Positions 36,943 through 46,300 of a DNA stretch of 46,300 bases are shown here, one piece after another. How positions within the stretch are numbered: the first letter of the stretch is position 1; every line of letters starts with the position of its first letter. Source of the DNA: an uncultured Lachnospiraceae bacterium. Its GTDB lineage: Bacteria > Bacillota > Clostridia > Lachnospirales > Lachnospiraceae. The notes below the pieces were generated by a model. It was not told the DNA's origin, did not search any database, and saw only the letters and a program-made list of their open reading frames with translations. A program made the translations under genes and the position numbers. The DNA lies in assembly GCA_946566415.1 (NCBI GenBank), contig CAMNWW010000001.1:1-46300 (forward strand). Reading direction: 5' to 3'.

Positions 36943-38697
36943 ATGCAGATGATAAGGACAATCCTGCGGGAAGTCAAGGAGTTTAAGACAGTATCGTTCC
37001 TCACGCCGCTGTGTATGATCGGGGAAGTGCTCATGGAAATGGTTATCCCATTTTTAATGGCGTCGATCATCGACAACGGAGTCAACGCAGGAGACATCGG
37101 GCATATCTATAAGACCGGAGGCATCATGGTAGTGGCGGCGGCCTTAGGACTCATAGCAGGGCTTCTCGGAGGAAGATTCGGCGCTAAAGCGTCGACAGGG
37201 TTCGCTAAGAACTTAAGAGAAGCAATGTTCAACAACATACAGACATTTTCATTTTCTAACATTGACAGGTTCAGCACAGCGGGGCTTGTTACACGGCTTA
37301 CAACGGATGTGACGAATATCCAGAATGCGTACCAGATGGCGCTCAGGATGTTTACGCGGGCGCCGGCAAGCCTGATCTGTGCGATGGCGATGGCATTTTA
37401 CATCAACGCACGTCTGGCGAGTATTTATCTGGCGGCGGTAGTGATACTGGGAATCATCCTGTTCTATATCATGAATAGAGCGACCCGCTATTTCCAGCAG
37501 GCGTTTCCCAAATACGACGATATGAATGCATCTGTCCAGGAGAATGTCTCCGCGATCCGCGTGGTGAAGGCTTATGTACGTGAGGAAGAGGAGACGAATA
37601 AGTTCCGGCATGCCAGTGAAAATATCTATAAAATTTTCTTGAAAGCGGAGAAAAACCTGGTTTACAATGCACCGATTATGCAGACGACTGTGTATAGCTG
37701 TATTCTTTTGATCAGCTGGCTTGGAGCAAAGATGATTGTGGCAGACAGCTTGACTACGGGAGAACTCATGAGTCTTCTTGCTTACTGCATGAATATTTTG
37801 ATGAGCCTTATGATGTTGTCCATGGTATTTGTTATGATCACTATGAGTATGGCGAGTATGAAGCGTATTTCGGAAGTGCTGAACGAAGTCAGTGATCTTA
37901 AGAATCCTGAAAATCCACTTTATAAAGTGGAGGACGGCAGTATCGAATTTCGCAATGTGGATTTTGCGTATAATAAGGATTCTAAGGAACCGGTTCTTAA
38001 AGAGGTAAGCCTGAGCATCCATGCCGGGGAGACGATTGGGATTATCGGCGGAACGGGAAGCGCGAAGACCAGCTTGGTAAATCTGATCAGCCGTCTGTAC
38101 GATGTGACGGCAGGCGAGGTTTTGGTAGGCGGTCAGGATGTGCGCAAATACGATATGGAAACTCTGCGTAACGAGGTGGCGGTTGTGCTGCAGAATAACG
38201 TACTGTTTTCCGGCTCGATTTTGGAAAATCTGCGTTGGGGCAATAAGGAGGCCTCGCGGGAAGAGTGCGAAGCCGCGTGCCGCCAGGCGTGCGCGGATGA
38301 ATTTATCCGGAAGATGCCTGACGGATATGATACATATATCGAACAGGGCGGAAACAATGTATCCGGCGGTCAAAAACAGAGGCTCTGCATTGCCAGGGCG
38401 CTCCTTAAGAAACCGAAGATACTGATACTGGACGACAGCACCAGCGCGGTAGATACGGCGACGGACGCGAAGATACGCAAGGCGTTCGCCGAGGAGATAC
38501 CGGATACGACGAAGATCATCATTGCCCAGAGAATTTCCAGCGTGGAGAAGGCGGACCGGATCATCGTCATGGAAGAGGGACGGATCAATGGCTTCGGAAG
38601 CCATGAGGAGCTGCTTGCAGGAAATGAGATCTACCGTGAAGTATATGAGTCCCAGACGAAGGGCGGCGGTGATTTTGACGAAAAGGGAGGTGAGTAG
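36943..38697 (+). CDS. ABC exporter, permease/ATP-binding subunit 1
   Basis: TM domain plus GGTGSAKT, VSGGQKQR, ILDDSTS (degenerate site). Confidence 0.93.
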   Translation: MQMIRTILREVKEFKTVSFLTPLCMIGEVLMEMVIPFLMASIIDNGVNAGDIGHIYKTGGIMVVAAALGLIAGLLGGRFGAKASTGFAKNLREAMFNNIQTFSFSNIDRFSTAGLVTRLTTDVTNIQNAYQMALRMFTRAPASLICAMAMAFYINARLASIYLAAVVILGIILFYIMNRATRYFQQAFPKYDDMNASVQENVSAIRVVKAYVREEEETNKFRHASENIYKIFLKAEKNLVYNAPIMQTTVYSCILLISWLGAKMIVADSLTTGELMSLLAYCMNILMSLMMLSMVFVMITMSMASMKRISEVLNEVSDLKNPENPLYKVEDGSIEFRNVDFAYNKDSKEPVLKEVSLSIHAGETIGIIGGTGSAKTSLVNLISRLYDVTAGEVLVGGQDVRKYDMETLRNEVAVVLQNNVLFSGSILENLRWGNKEASREECEAACRQACADEFIRKMPDGYDTYIEQGGNNVSGGQKQRLCIARALLKKPKILILDDSTSAVDTATDAKIRKAFAEEIPDTTKIIIAQRISSVEKADRIIVMEEGRINGFGSHEELLAGNEIYREVYESQTKGGGDFDEKGGE

Positions 38698-38699
38698 TT

Positions 38700-40616
38700 A
38701 TGCCGGGACCAATGGGAATGCATGGCAGGCGCGCAGTGCGCGGAGCGAAGCCGAAGGTGGAGAATCCGGGCAAATTGTTTGCGCGTATCATGAAATATGT
38801 ATTTCGGAAATATAAAATACACTGTTTTTTTGTATTCGTATTTATTTGTGTAGGCGTTTTGGCAAATGTCCAGGGGACGTTGTTTACCAAGAATCTGATC
38901 GACGACTATATCACGCCGTTTTTGCTGACGGATCATCCTGATTTTGGTCCGCTGGTCCGTGCGATCGCAAGGGTCGCCGTGTTTTACGCGGTCGGCGTAC
39001 TCTCCACATATCTGCATAACCGGATCATGATCAATGTGACGCAGGGAACCTTGAGAGATCTGCGGAATGATCTGTTCGAGCATATGCAGAAACTGCCGAT
39101 CAAGTATTTTGACACACATGCGCACGGTGACATTATGTCGATCTACACCAACGATATCGATACATTGAGGCAGATGATCAGCCAGAGTATCCCGCAGTTT
39201 ATCAACAGTGCGTTTACGGTGGTCAGTGTGTTTATCAGTATGCTGATTCTGAACATACCTCTGACACTTATCACGCTTGTCATGGTTGGAATTATGATAA
39301 AGTGCTCCGGCGCCGCGGCGGCAAAAAGCGGGAACTATTTCCGGGAACAGCAGAAGAATCTGGGTGCGTTGAACGGCTTCATTGAGGAAATGATGAACGG
39401 GCAGAAAGTGGTGAAGGTTTTTTGCCATGAAGAGGAGAGCAAGGAACAGTTTTGCAAGCTGAACGTCAACTTGTTCGAGAGCGCGGATAAGGCGAATACG
39501 TTTGCAAACATTTTAGGACCGATCAATGCCCAGATCGGGAATATCAGTTACGTGATCTGCGCTATTGTGGGCGGTCTTTTGGCGCTGAATGGATTCGGCG
39601 GATTTACGCTGGGCGGATTGGCAAGTTTTCTGACCTTTAATAAGAGTTTCAGTATGCCGATCAACCAGATCAGTACGCAGCTTAATGCGGTGGTTATGGC
39701 GCTGGCAGGAGCGGACAGAATATTCCGCCTGCTGGATGAAGAGCCGGAGACGGACGAGGGCTATGTGACTCTGGTAAACGCAGTGGAGAGGGGCGGCTCT
39801 CTTACGGAGACGGAGGAGCGCACCGGACGGTGGGCGTGGAAGCATACCCATCAGGCGGACGGCAGCGTGGATTATGTCGAGGTAAAGGGCGACGTGGTGT
39901 TTAACGGGGTGGATTTTGGATACACGGATGACAAAATGGTGCTCCATGACGTGAAGCTTTTCGCCGAGCCGGGGCAGAAGATCGCATTCGTAGGCTCTAC
40001 CGGGGCCGGTAAGACCACGATTACGAACCTGATCAATCGTTTCTATGATATCCAGGATGGGAAAATCCGCTACGATGGGATTAATATCAATAAGATCAAG
40101 AAAGACGATTTGAGACGTTCTCTGGGAATCGTACTTCAGGATACGCATTTGTTTACCGGAACGGTGAAGGAGAATATTCGCTATGGGAAGCTGAACGCGA
40201 CAGACGAAGAAATCGTTGCTGCTGCAAAGCTTGCCAATGCCGACGGTTTTATCCGCAGGCTTCCGGAGGGCTACGATACGATGCTGACCGGAGACGGAGC
40301 GAATTTAAGCCAAGGGCAGCGGCAGCTTCTTGCCATTGCCAGAGCGGCGGTCGCAGACCCGCCGGTACTGATTCTGGATGAGGCGACCAGCTCGATCGAC
40401 ACCCGGACGGAACGGATTGTACAGGACGGTATGGATAAACTGATGAACGGCAGGACGACATTCGTGATTGCCCACAGGCTGTCCACAGTCCGGAATTCCG
40501 ACTGTATCATGGTGCTGGAACAAGGGAGGATCATTGAGCGGGGAACTCACGATCAGTTGATTGAAGAAAAAGGAAAGTATTATCAATTGTATACAGGCAA
40601 TGCCATCAGTGCATAA
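38700..40616 (+). CDS. ABC exporter, permease/ATP-binding subunit 2
   Basis: TM domain plus GSTGAGKT, LSQGQRQ, ILDEATS, IAHRLST. Confidence 0.93.
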   Translation: MPGPMGMHGRRAVRGAKPKVENPGKLFARIMKYVFRKYKIHCFFVFVFICVGVLANVQGTLFTKNLIDDYITPFLLTDHPDFGPLVRAIARVAVFYAVGVLSTYLHNRIMINVTQGTLRDLRNDLFEHMQKLPIKYFDTHAHGDIMSIYTNDIDTLRQMISQSIPQFINSAFTVVSVFISMLILNIPLTLITLVMVGIMIKCSGAAAAKSGNYFREQQKNLGALNGFIEEMMNGQKVVKVFCHEEESKEQFCKLNVNLFESADKANTFANILGPINAQIGNISYVICAIVGGLLALNGFGGFTLGGLASFLTFNKSFSMPINQISTQLNAVVMALAGADRIFRLLDEEPETDEGYVTLVNAVERGGSLTETEERTGRWAWKHTHQADGSVDYVEVKGDVVFNGVDFGYTDDKMVLHDVKLFAEPGQKIAFVGSTGAGKTTITNLINRFYDIQDGKIRYDGININKIKKDDLRRSLGIVLQDTHLFTGTVKENIRYGKLNATDEEIVAAAKLANADGFIRRLPEGYDTMLTGDGANLSQGQRQLLAIARAAVADPPVLILDEATSSIDTRTERIVQDGMDKLMNGRTTFVIAHRLSTVRNSDCIMVLEQGRIIERGTHDQLIEEKGKYYQLYTGNAISA

Positions 40617-40617
40617 T

Positions 40618-40661
40618 AAACAGACCGCCGGGGTTCTAAGGTTATACCCGGCGGTCTGTTT
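40618..40661. terminator. Bidirectional terminator
   Basis: AAACAGACCGCCGGG...CCCGGCGGTCTGTTT. Confidence 0.85.
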
Positions 40662-40697
40662 GTATGGTGCGCCCGGCGCTCCCACAATTCTGCATCT

Positions 40698-42839
40698 TTA
40701 TTTCCCGATCAATACCATCACACTTCTGGGACGGATTGCCACATGGCAGCCGGGCAGAGTTTTCGGTGTGTCGGACGGGACATCCTCCCAGGTATCCGCG
40801 GCGATTTCCCAACACATGGAGAAAGGAAGTTCCGGAAGCGTAACTTCTACCTGTTCCCAGTAAGCGTTGGAGGCGACATAGATGATCTGGGGACCGGTAT
40901 TCGTGTCTTGGCCGGCAAACATAACTCCTATATAATGGTCATAGGAGTGGAAGTCTCCCTGCCAGGGAGTGACTCCGTGGAAGCTGGTATCCGGGAATCC
41001 GCAGGTTCCGTCGCTGATGTTAGCACGGAGGATACGGTGCTCTTTCCGGAAACGGATCATATACTTGAAAAATTCAAAAATGTCTCTGTTCTTGTCCAAA
41101 AGACGCCAGTCCAGCCAGGAGGTAATGTTGTCCTGACAATAGGCGTTATTGTTGCCGAACTGGGTATTGCAAAACTCGTCTCCGGCGAGGAACATAGGGA
41201 TCCCCCGGCTGCACATAAGGAAAGCAAAGGCATTACGAATCATACGGCGGCGCAGCGTGTTGACCCCGGGGTCGTCCGTCGCTCCTTCTGCGCCGCAGTT
41301 CCAACTGTTATTATCATTCGCACCGTCGGTGTTGTTCCAGCCATTTTTTTCATTATGCTTTTCGTTGTAAGAAAACAGATCATACAATGTAAAACCATCG
41401 TGGCATGTAATAAAGTTGACGGACGCATTTTTTCGATGACGTTCCCCGTAAATATCACGGGAGCCAACCATACGCAGGGCGGCGGCCTGCGCCACGCCCT
41501 CGTCGCCTTTTAGATAACGGCGTATATCATCGCGGTAACGGCCGTTCCACTCAGCCCAGCGGTTCCACGACGGGAAGGAACCAACCTGGTACAGGCCGTC
41601 CGCGTCCCATGCCTCGGCAATCAGCTTGACATCCCCAAGGATAGGATCAAAAGCAAGCGATTCGAGCAAAGGCGGCTTGTTCATCGGGGTTCCGTCCTCG
41701 TTGCGCCCTAGGATGGAGGCGAGGTCGAAGCGAAATCCGTTGATGTGATAGGTGGTGACCCAGTATCGAAGACAGTTCAATATCATCTGGTGCACGATAG
41801 GATGGTTACAGTTCAGGGAATTGCCGCAGCCGCTGAAATTATAATAATATCCGTCCGGAGTCAGGAGATAATAAATATTGTTGTCAAACCCTTTGAATGA
41901 AAAGAAGGGACCATGTTCATTTCCCTCAGCCGTATGGTTAAATACAACGTCCAGATAGACCTCGATACCATTCTGGTTGAAGACCTGAATCAGATTCTTC
42001 AGCTCATTTCCTTCCCGGTTGTATTCCGTGCTCGCCGCATAGCTCGTATTCGGGGCAAAAAAGCTGACCGTGTTATATCCCCAGTAATTATAGAGTTTCT
42101 CTCCGTCTATCTCCCGGTAATCCTGCATCTCGTCAAATTCAAAGATAGGCATCAGCTCCACGACATTTACGCCAAGCTCTTTCAAATAAGGAAGCTTCTC
42201 CATCAGCCCGGCAAATGTACCGGGATATAGGACGTTGGAGGACTCGTGTTTTGTAAAACCGCGTACATGAAGCTCATAGATGATGAGGTCTTCCGTAGGT
42301 AAAAGAGGCGGATTCATATCGGCCCAGTCAAAATCGTCCTTTACCACGCGCGCCTTGTAGTGCTGTCCGTAGGGGGATGTGGCGCCCCAGGTGCTCTGTC
42401 CGGTGACAGCCTTAGCATAAGGGTCGAGAAGATATTTGTTACGGTTAAAGATCAAGCCCTTTTGAGGCTCATAGGGACCGTCTACCCGGTAGGCGTATTC
42501 AAACTCTTCAATATTCAATTTAAACACAATCATAGAATAAACATTTCCAATCCGGTAGTGCCCAGGGAAAGGAAGGACGGCAAAAGGTTCATTCGCTGTC
42601 CGGTGGAATAAAAGAAGCTCGATAGAAGTCGCGCCCTGGGAGTGCACTGTAAAATTGACGCCGCCCGGAATTGCGGTCGCGCCGTTAATCTCATAGAATC
42701 CGGGCCGGACCTCAAAGCCGTCCACGATATCCAGAGGAACAAGATGGATTGTGCGCGGGAGACTCAATTTTTCGACAAGGTTATCTTTTTCGTGCGAAGG
42801 CGCCATGCGCGGGGGCAGGTTATAAATATCATTTTTCAT
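40698..42839 (-). CDS. glgX: Glycogen debranching enzyme / isoamylase (GH13)
   Basis: YELHVRGFT, NYWGYNT, DVVFNHTAEG, GFRFDLAS, IAEAWD, FITCHDGFTL. Confidence 0.93.
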   Translation of the reverse strand: MKNDIYNLPPRMAPSHEKDNLVEKLSLPRTIHLVPLDIVDGFEVRPGFYEINGATAIPGGVNFTVHSQGATSIELLLFHRTANEPFAVLPFPGHYRIGNVYSMIVFKLNIEEFEYAYRVDGPYEPQKGLIFNRNKYLLDPYAKAVTGQSTWGATSPYGQHYKARVVKDDFDWADMNPPLLPTEDLIIYELHVRGFTKHESSNVLYPGTFAGLMEKLPYLKELGVNVVELMPIFEFDEMQDYREIDGEKLYNYWGYNTVSFFAPNTSYAASTEYNREGNELKNLIQVFNQNGIEVYLDVVFNHTAEGNEHGPFFSFKGFDNNIYYLLTPDGYYYNFSGCGNSLNCNHPIVHQMILNCLRYWVTTYHINGFRFDLASILGRNEDGTPMNKPPLLESLAFDPILGDVKLIAEAWDADGLYQVGSFPSWNRWAEWNGRYRDDIRRYLKGDEGVAQAAALRMVGSRDIYGERHRKNASVNFITCHDGFTLYDLFSYNEKHNEKNGWNNTDGANDNNSWNCGAEGATDDPGVNTLRRRMIRNAFAFLMCSRGIPMFLAGDEFCNTQFGNNNAYCQDNITSWLDWRLLDKNRDIFEFFKYMIRFRKEHRILRANISDGTCGFPDTSFHGVTPWQGDFHSYDHYIGVMFAGQDTNTGPQIIYVASNAYWEQVEVTLPELPFSMCWEIAADTWEDVPSDTPKTLPGCHVAIRPRSVMVLIGK

Positions 42840-43034
42840 TCGTTGTCCTCCTGATGTTAAAGGTACTTTTCCCTATGTTAATTATCGGCAAATTAGGCGG
42901 AATCGTTAATGGAGGGATCCGCCTTATTCGGCGAGAAGAAAAAGATTTACAAAAAGGGGCTGTTTTGATATATTTGATTATAGTGTTATAAGAAGGTCAT
43001 GGAGAATAATGAAAAGGGATAGGAAGCAAAAAAA

Positions 43035-43913
43035 ATGAAAAGGGTTAGAAAGGTTTTGGTATTATTGACCGCGGCGCTCATTCTCACCGGATGCGGAGAG
43101 AAACAGGAGGAGCCGCAAACAAAGGAGGAAGAAGAGGTTCAGAGAGAAGAAAAACAGGAGCAAGAGCCCCAAATAGACCCAATGGAAAAAATGAAAGATA
43201 TGATCGGCGAAGAAGGAGAGACAGGGCAAGAGATACCGGAGGATTCAGAAGAATCGGAGGAGCCGGAGCAAGAGGCGGGGAATGGATTTTTGATCGCGGT
43301 CGACGCGGGGCATCAGGAGCACGGAAACAGCGAACAGGAGCCGGTTGGACCCGGCGCGTATGAGACAAAAGCGAAAGTAGCCGGGGGGACCAGCGGCGTA
43401 TCGACAGGAGTTCCCGAGTATGAGCTTACGCTCCAGGTATCCTTAAAGCTGCGCGACGAACTCCAAAGGAGGGGCTATGAAGTGCTGATGATCCGGGAGA
43501 CGAACGACGTCAACATTTCCAATGCGGAGAGGGCGGCGGCCGCGAACGACGCCGGGGCGGACGCATTTATCCGGGTACATGCAAACGGAGCGTCGTCCAG
43601 CGGGGCGAACGGGATGATGACCATCTGCCAGACGCCATCCAATCCTTATAACGGAGCGTTATACTCCCAGAGCAGGTCTTTGGCGGACTGTGTTCTGGAA
43701 TGCGCGGTCGCGTCCACCGGCGCACGGTATGAGCGGGTCTGGGAGACGGACACGATGAGCGGCATCAACTGGGCGCAGGTGCCGACGACCATTGTGGAGA
43801 TGGGGTATATGACGAACCCGCAGGAGGATCAGTTGATGGCGACGGAAGAATACCAGATGAAAATTGTCTCAGGAATCGCAGATGGAATTGACAGATATCT
43901 GGGAAAGGAATAA
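43035..43913 (+). CDS. N-acetylmuramoyl-L-alanine amidase (Amidase_3) lipoprotein
   Basis: Lipobox LTGC, acidic linker, VDAGH, E, RVHAN, IVEMGY. Confidence 0.9.
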   Translation: MKRVRKVLVLLTAALILTGCGEKQEEPQTKEEEEVQREEKQEQEPQIDPMEKMKDMIGEEGETGQEIPEDSEESEEPEQEAGNGFLIAVDAGHQEHGNSEQEPVGPGAYETKAKVAGGTSGVSTGVPEYELTLQVSLKLRDELQRRGYEVLMIRETNDVNISNAERAAAANDAGADAFIRVHANGASSSGANGMMTICQTPSNPYNGALYSQSRSLADCVLECAVASTGARYERVWETDTMSGINWAQVPTTIVEMGYMTNPQEDQLMATEEYQMKIVSGIADGIDRYLGKE

Positions 43914-43925
43914 GGTGGGGAAACC

Positions 43926-45077
43926 ATGAAATGTCGATTTTGTAACAGAGAAATAAAGGATGGGGCGAAATTCTGCAGTTACTGTGGGAAAAGCCAGGAA
44001 GCGCCCCAGACTACACGGACGGATACCGGAAAACGTACTTCAAAGACGCCGATAATTATCATCAGCGTCCTGCTTTTGGTCTGCGCAGTGGGCGCGGGTG
44101 TGTTTGCGCTTCGCGGACTGGGCGGAAACCATGCGGAGAAAAAGGACGGACTGTTTGATTTTGGGGGCAGCCAGACGAAGGAAAACAGCCTGACAGAATA
44201 TCTGGAATATATTGGGACGGAATTTGAAGAGCTTCCGGATTCCTTTGAACATGAAGTGACGCATGAATTTGAGGATTATGACAGCATTGAGGCAAAAAAG
44301 GATGTGGAATATGCAGGCATCGAGGGCGAGGTCCTCTTTTATGGATACAATATCAAGAATGACGAGCTGGCGATGCCAACTGAAATCAGCTCTGTAAACT
44401 GGGTTCCAAAGGAACAGGATGCAGAAACTAGGGATAAGCTTATCAAACAAATGAATAAGGATTATGGAGAGTATGATGGTAAGGAGGTCCACACGGTAAA
44501 AGACAGGCAGTCAGACCCCAGCGGAGAGACAGAGATGCTGAAGTATACATACTATTACTGGGATGCCCGCGACGAATGGGATTATGACGTTAGTTTGGAG
44601 ATGGTAGAGTCTATAAATGGCAGTATAGAAGGCGCCGATATATGGAGGATAGGCATCTCACCCTGCATAGGAGAGCCGGACTCTGAGTACCTGAAACCCC
44701 TTCATAAGATTGAAAAGGCGTGTGAGGATAAAGATACAGAACTCATGGAAGAGGCCTTTTCGGATGCATTTTACGAAAGCACAGATATCACCAACGAAGA
44801 GGTGGTAGAGATGATGGAAGAAATGCAAGACAGTACGTCGGAGTTTAAGGTTTCTTTTGATGTAAAAAATACAGAAAGACTTTCGGCTACATGGGGATTT
44901 ATGACTTTATTCCTTGAGTATGGAGTTACAGAAAAGGTTCAAGATGTGAGGGAAAAATATATCGTTGACGCTGATTTAATCATGAGCACGGACGGGGAAG
45001 AAGAGACAGGGGAATTGACGATTATCGTCGGAAAAGATAAAGGGACATGGAAGATTATTTCCTGGGAAATTTTATAA
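43926..45077 (+). CDS. Zinc-ribbon membrane protein with acidic extracytoplasmic domain
   Basis: MKCRFC...KFCSYCG, single TM helix. Confidence 0.8.
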   Translation: MKCRFCNREIKDGAKFCSYCGKSQEAPQTTRTDTGKRTSKTPIIIISVLLLVCAVGAGVFALRGLGGNHAEKKDGLFDFGGSQTKENSLTEYLEYIGTEFEELPDSFEHEVTHEFEDYDSIEAKKDVEYAGIEGEVLFYGYNIKNDELAMPTEISSVNWVPKEQDAETRDKLIKQMNKDYGEYDGKEVHTVKDRQSDPSGETEMLKYTYYYWDARDEWDYDVSLEMVESINGSIEGADIWRIGISPCIGEPDSEYLKPLHKIEKACEDKDTELMEEAFSDAFYESTDITNEEVVEMMEEMQDSTSEFKVSFDVKNTERLSATWGFMTLFLEYGVTEKVQDVREKYIVDADLIMSTDGEEETGELTIIVGKDKGTWKIISWEIL

Positions 45078-45187
45078 GGACAGAAACACGGAGCCAAAGC
45101 TGCTTATGCGAGCGGATTTCCCGCTTTGCAGCCGCGGTTCGCAGCCGAATTTTGTATGAAAATTTTGTGTGAAAATTAAAAAAACTC

Positions 45188-45219
45188 TTGCATATTTCAT
45201 AAGAGTGTGATATTATAAT
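45188..45219 (+). promoter_or_regulatory. tRNA operon promoter
   Basis: TTGCAT-17 nt-TATTAT(AAT). Confidence 0.6.
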
Positions 45220-45249
45220 TTTCGGTCACCGTCGAGTGATAAGCGACAT

Positions 45250-45321
45250 GGCTCCGTGGTCAAGCGGTTAAGACATCGCCCTTTCACGGCGGTAACACGG
45301 GTTCGATTCCCGTCGGAGTCA
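45250..45321 (+). tRNA. tRNA-Glu (TTC)
   Basis: Cloverleaf: GGCTCCG/CGGAGTC acceptor stem, anticodon loop CTTTCAC, GGTTCGATTCC T-arm; CCA not encoded. Confidence 0.95.
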
Positions 45322-45361
45322 TTGATGCACATTTGATATACAGTTGCATATTATTTAGTAA

Positions 45362-45433
45362 GGCGCAGTAGCCAAGTGGTAAGGCGTGGGTCTGCAACAC
45401 CCTGATTCACCGGTTCAAATCCGGTCTGCGCCT
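45362..45433 (+). tRNA. tRNA-Cys (GCA)
   Basis: GGCGCAG/CTGCGCC acceptor stem, anticodon loop CTGCAAC, GGTTCAAATCC, discriminator U. Confidence 0.95.
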
Positions 45434-45436
45434 CTT

Positions 45437-45474
45437 AAAAAAGCCCGGAAATTCAAGATTTCTGAGGCTTTTTT
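45437..45474. terminator. Bidirectional terminator between tRNAs and integrase
   Basis: AAAAAAGCC...GGCTTTTTT. Confidence 0.75.
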
Positions 45475-45535
45475 ACTTTTTCAAATCACTCTAAAATGAT
45501 CGAAAAAATAAGGTGGTCGATAAGGTGGCACGAAA

Positions 45536-46300
45536 TTAGTGAACCAGCGCATCGACCAGATTTCCCTTCTTTTCGCTGTCCGTATGAAAATATGTACGTA
45601 ATAAAACTTCGTAGTTATCTCCAAGAATTTCCGCAGCCTCTTTTACTTCTCCCATATTTTTCGTATTACGAATCAGGTTTGTCGCAAACGCATGTCTGAG
45701 TGAATGCAGATTGTACTCCGGAATCTCCGCACGCTTACAGATTTTCTTTAATGTGTTGCCCAGATTCTGAAGCATGGGCGGATGTCCATTCTGTGTTGTC
45801 AATATCAGATCATTGTTAAAATGGTTCTTGCCATACAAATCCAACATACAGGATAAGGCAAATTCAGCCTCACGGTTTAAAGGAACTGTTCTTAAACTAT
45901 TTGGATATTTCGGAGCTGTTAATACAAGTTTGGTTTTTGCAGTGTCCTTTTCATCCCTGTTTACGACACGGCTTAAGGTTCTTGTAATTTTAACTCCTTT
46001 TCGCCCCATATAAGTTACAATGCTGCTTCTTCCAAGTCCGATCATTTCTCCGCCGCGCAGTCCTGTATTTAAAAGAAATACAATAGCTGGTCCGTAACGG
46101 TACATAAATCTTTCATTTTTGTTCGGGCTATATTCCATTGCGATTTCTTTGACAAGTTGCTGATGTTCCGGCGGCATGATCTGAATCTCCTTTGTTTCAA
46201 CAGCCAAAACGGACTCATCCGGCATTTCAACCCGGTTCATAATATTATACTTTTTGGCATAGTGAAAAACAGGCGGAAATCCTATACCAAAATGTATGCA
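45536..46300 (-). CDS. Tyrosine recombinase/integrase, C-terminal catalytic domain (frame open to window edge)
   Basis: NTGLRGGE (R), PK..S.RTVPL (K), HSLRHAFAT (HxxR), LGD, RTYFH (Y). Confidence 0.9.
   Translation of the reverse strand, partial: CIHFGIGFPPVFHYAKKYNIMNRVEMPDESVLAVETKEIQIMPPEHQQLVKEIAMEYSPNKNERFMYRYGPAIVFLLNTGLRGGEMIGLGRSSIVTYMGRKGVKITRTLSRVVNRDEKDTAKTKLVLTAPKYPNSLRTVPLNREAEFALSCMLDLYGKNHFNNDLILTTQNGHPPMLQNLGNTLKKICKRAEIPEYNLHSLRHAFATNLIRNTKNMGEVKEAAEILGDNYEVLLRTYFHTDSEKKGNLVDALVH

Larger units (their letters stand above)
45434..46300. mobile_element. Left end of an integrative element (prophage/ICE/island) inserted at tRNA-Cys
   Basis: Integrase convergent on the tRNA 3' end; ATAAGGTGG tandem repeats at 45508-45516 and 45520-45528. 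Confidence 0.7.

Noticed and set aside
37980-38460. Degenerate ABC motifs (GSAKT, LDDS) as a sign of pseudogenisation
   Set aside because: Expected asymmetry of heterodimeric ABC exporters; partner subunit has canonical Walker B and H-loop
37249-38604. Long antisense ORFs (also 35481-36431, 4957-5718, 40743-41513 and others)
   Set aside because: Shadows of well-supported genes on the opposite strand; no RBS or recognisable motifs
43100-43280. Glu/Gln-rich low-complexity stretch as a tandem repeat
   Set aside because: Ordinary acidic linker of a lipoprotein amidase with no discrete repeat unit
1-46300. CRISPR array or cas genes
   Set aside because: No regularly spaced direct repeats with unique spacers and no Cas motifs seen
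46241-46300. Possible IS end or non-homologous sequence interrupting the integrase at the window edge
   Set aside because: Frame stays open and only 60 bp are visible; cannot be supported without the adjacent window

Overview
A chromosomal segment that looks like a Lachnospiraceae/Clostridiales genome (inferred from gene content and order). The housekeeping backbone is CDF transporter, acyl-ACP thioesterase, CvfB-like protein, HPr-like protein, dnaE, pfkA, niaR, a four-subunit 2-oxoacid:ferredoxin oxidoreductase operon, LysR, metG, tatD, rsmA, citrate synthase, a MarR/ABC exporter unit, glgX, an amidase and tRNA-Glu/tRNA-Cys. Four accessory insertions interrupt it. (1) An AT-rich, translationally coupled two-gene unit at 9598-12755 encodes a HEPN-like protein and a large protein with two NTPase modules (KGGVGR-variant ParA/MinD plus a second P-loop ATPase). 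This is the best candidate for an uncharacterised defence/conflict system. (2) An unannotated type I toxin-antitoxin-like locus (28-aa membrane peptide plus convergent sRNA, bracketed by inverted repeats) sits next to an XRE gene. (3) A ~8.7 kb array of small stress/detoxification genes between metG and tatD is flanked by ATPase-nuclease genes. (4) An integrase-bearing element starts at tRNA-Cys. Several lesions are visible in the sequence: a nonsense codon in the first gene, a frameshift plus deletion that fuses porD to porA, a frameshifted ATPase-DUF234 gene and a probable PepSY domain deletion. All family assignments are from motif recognition by eye; no database searches were run.
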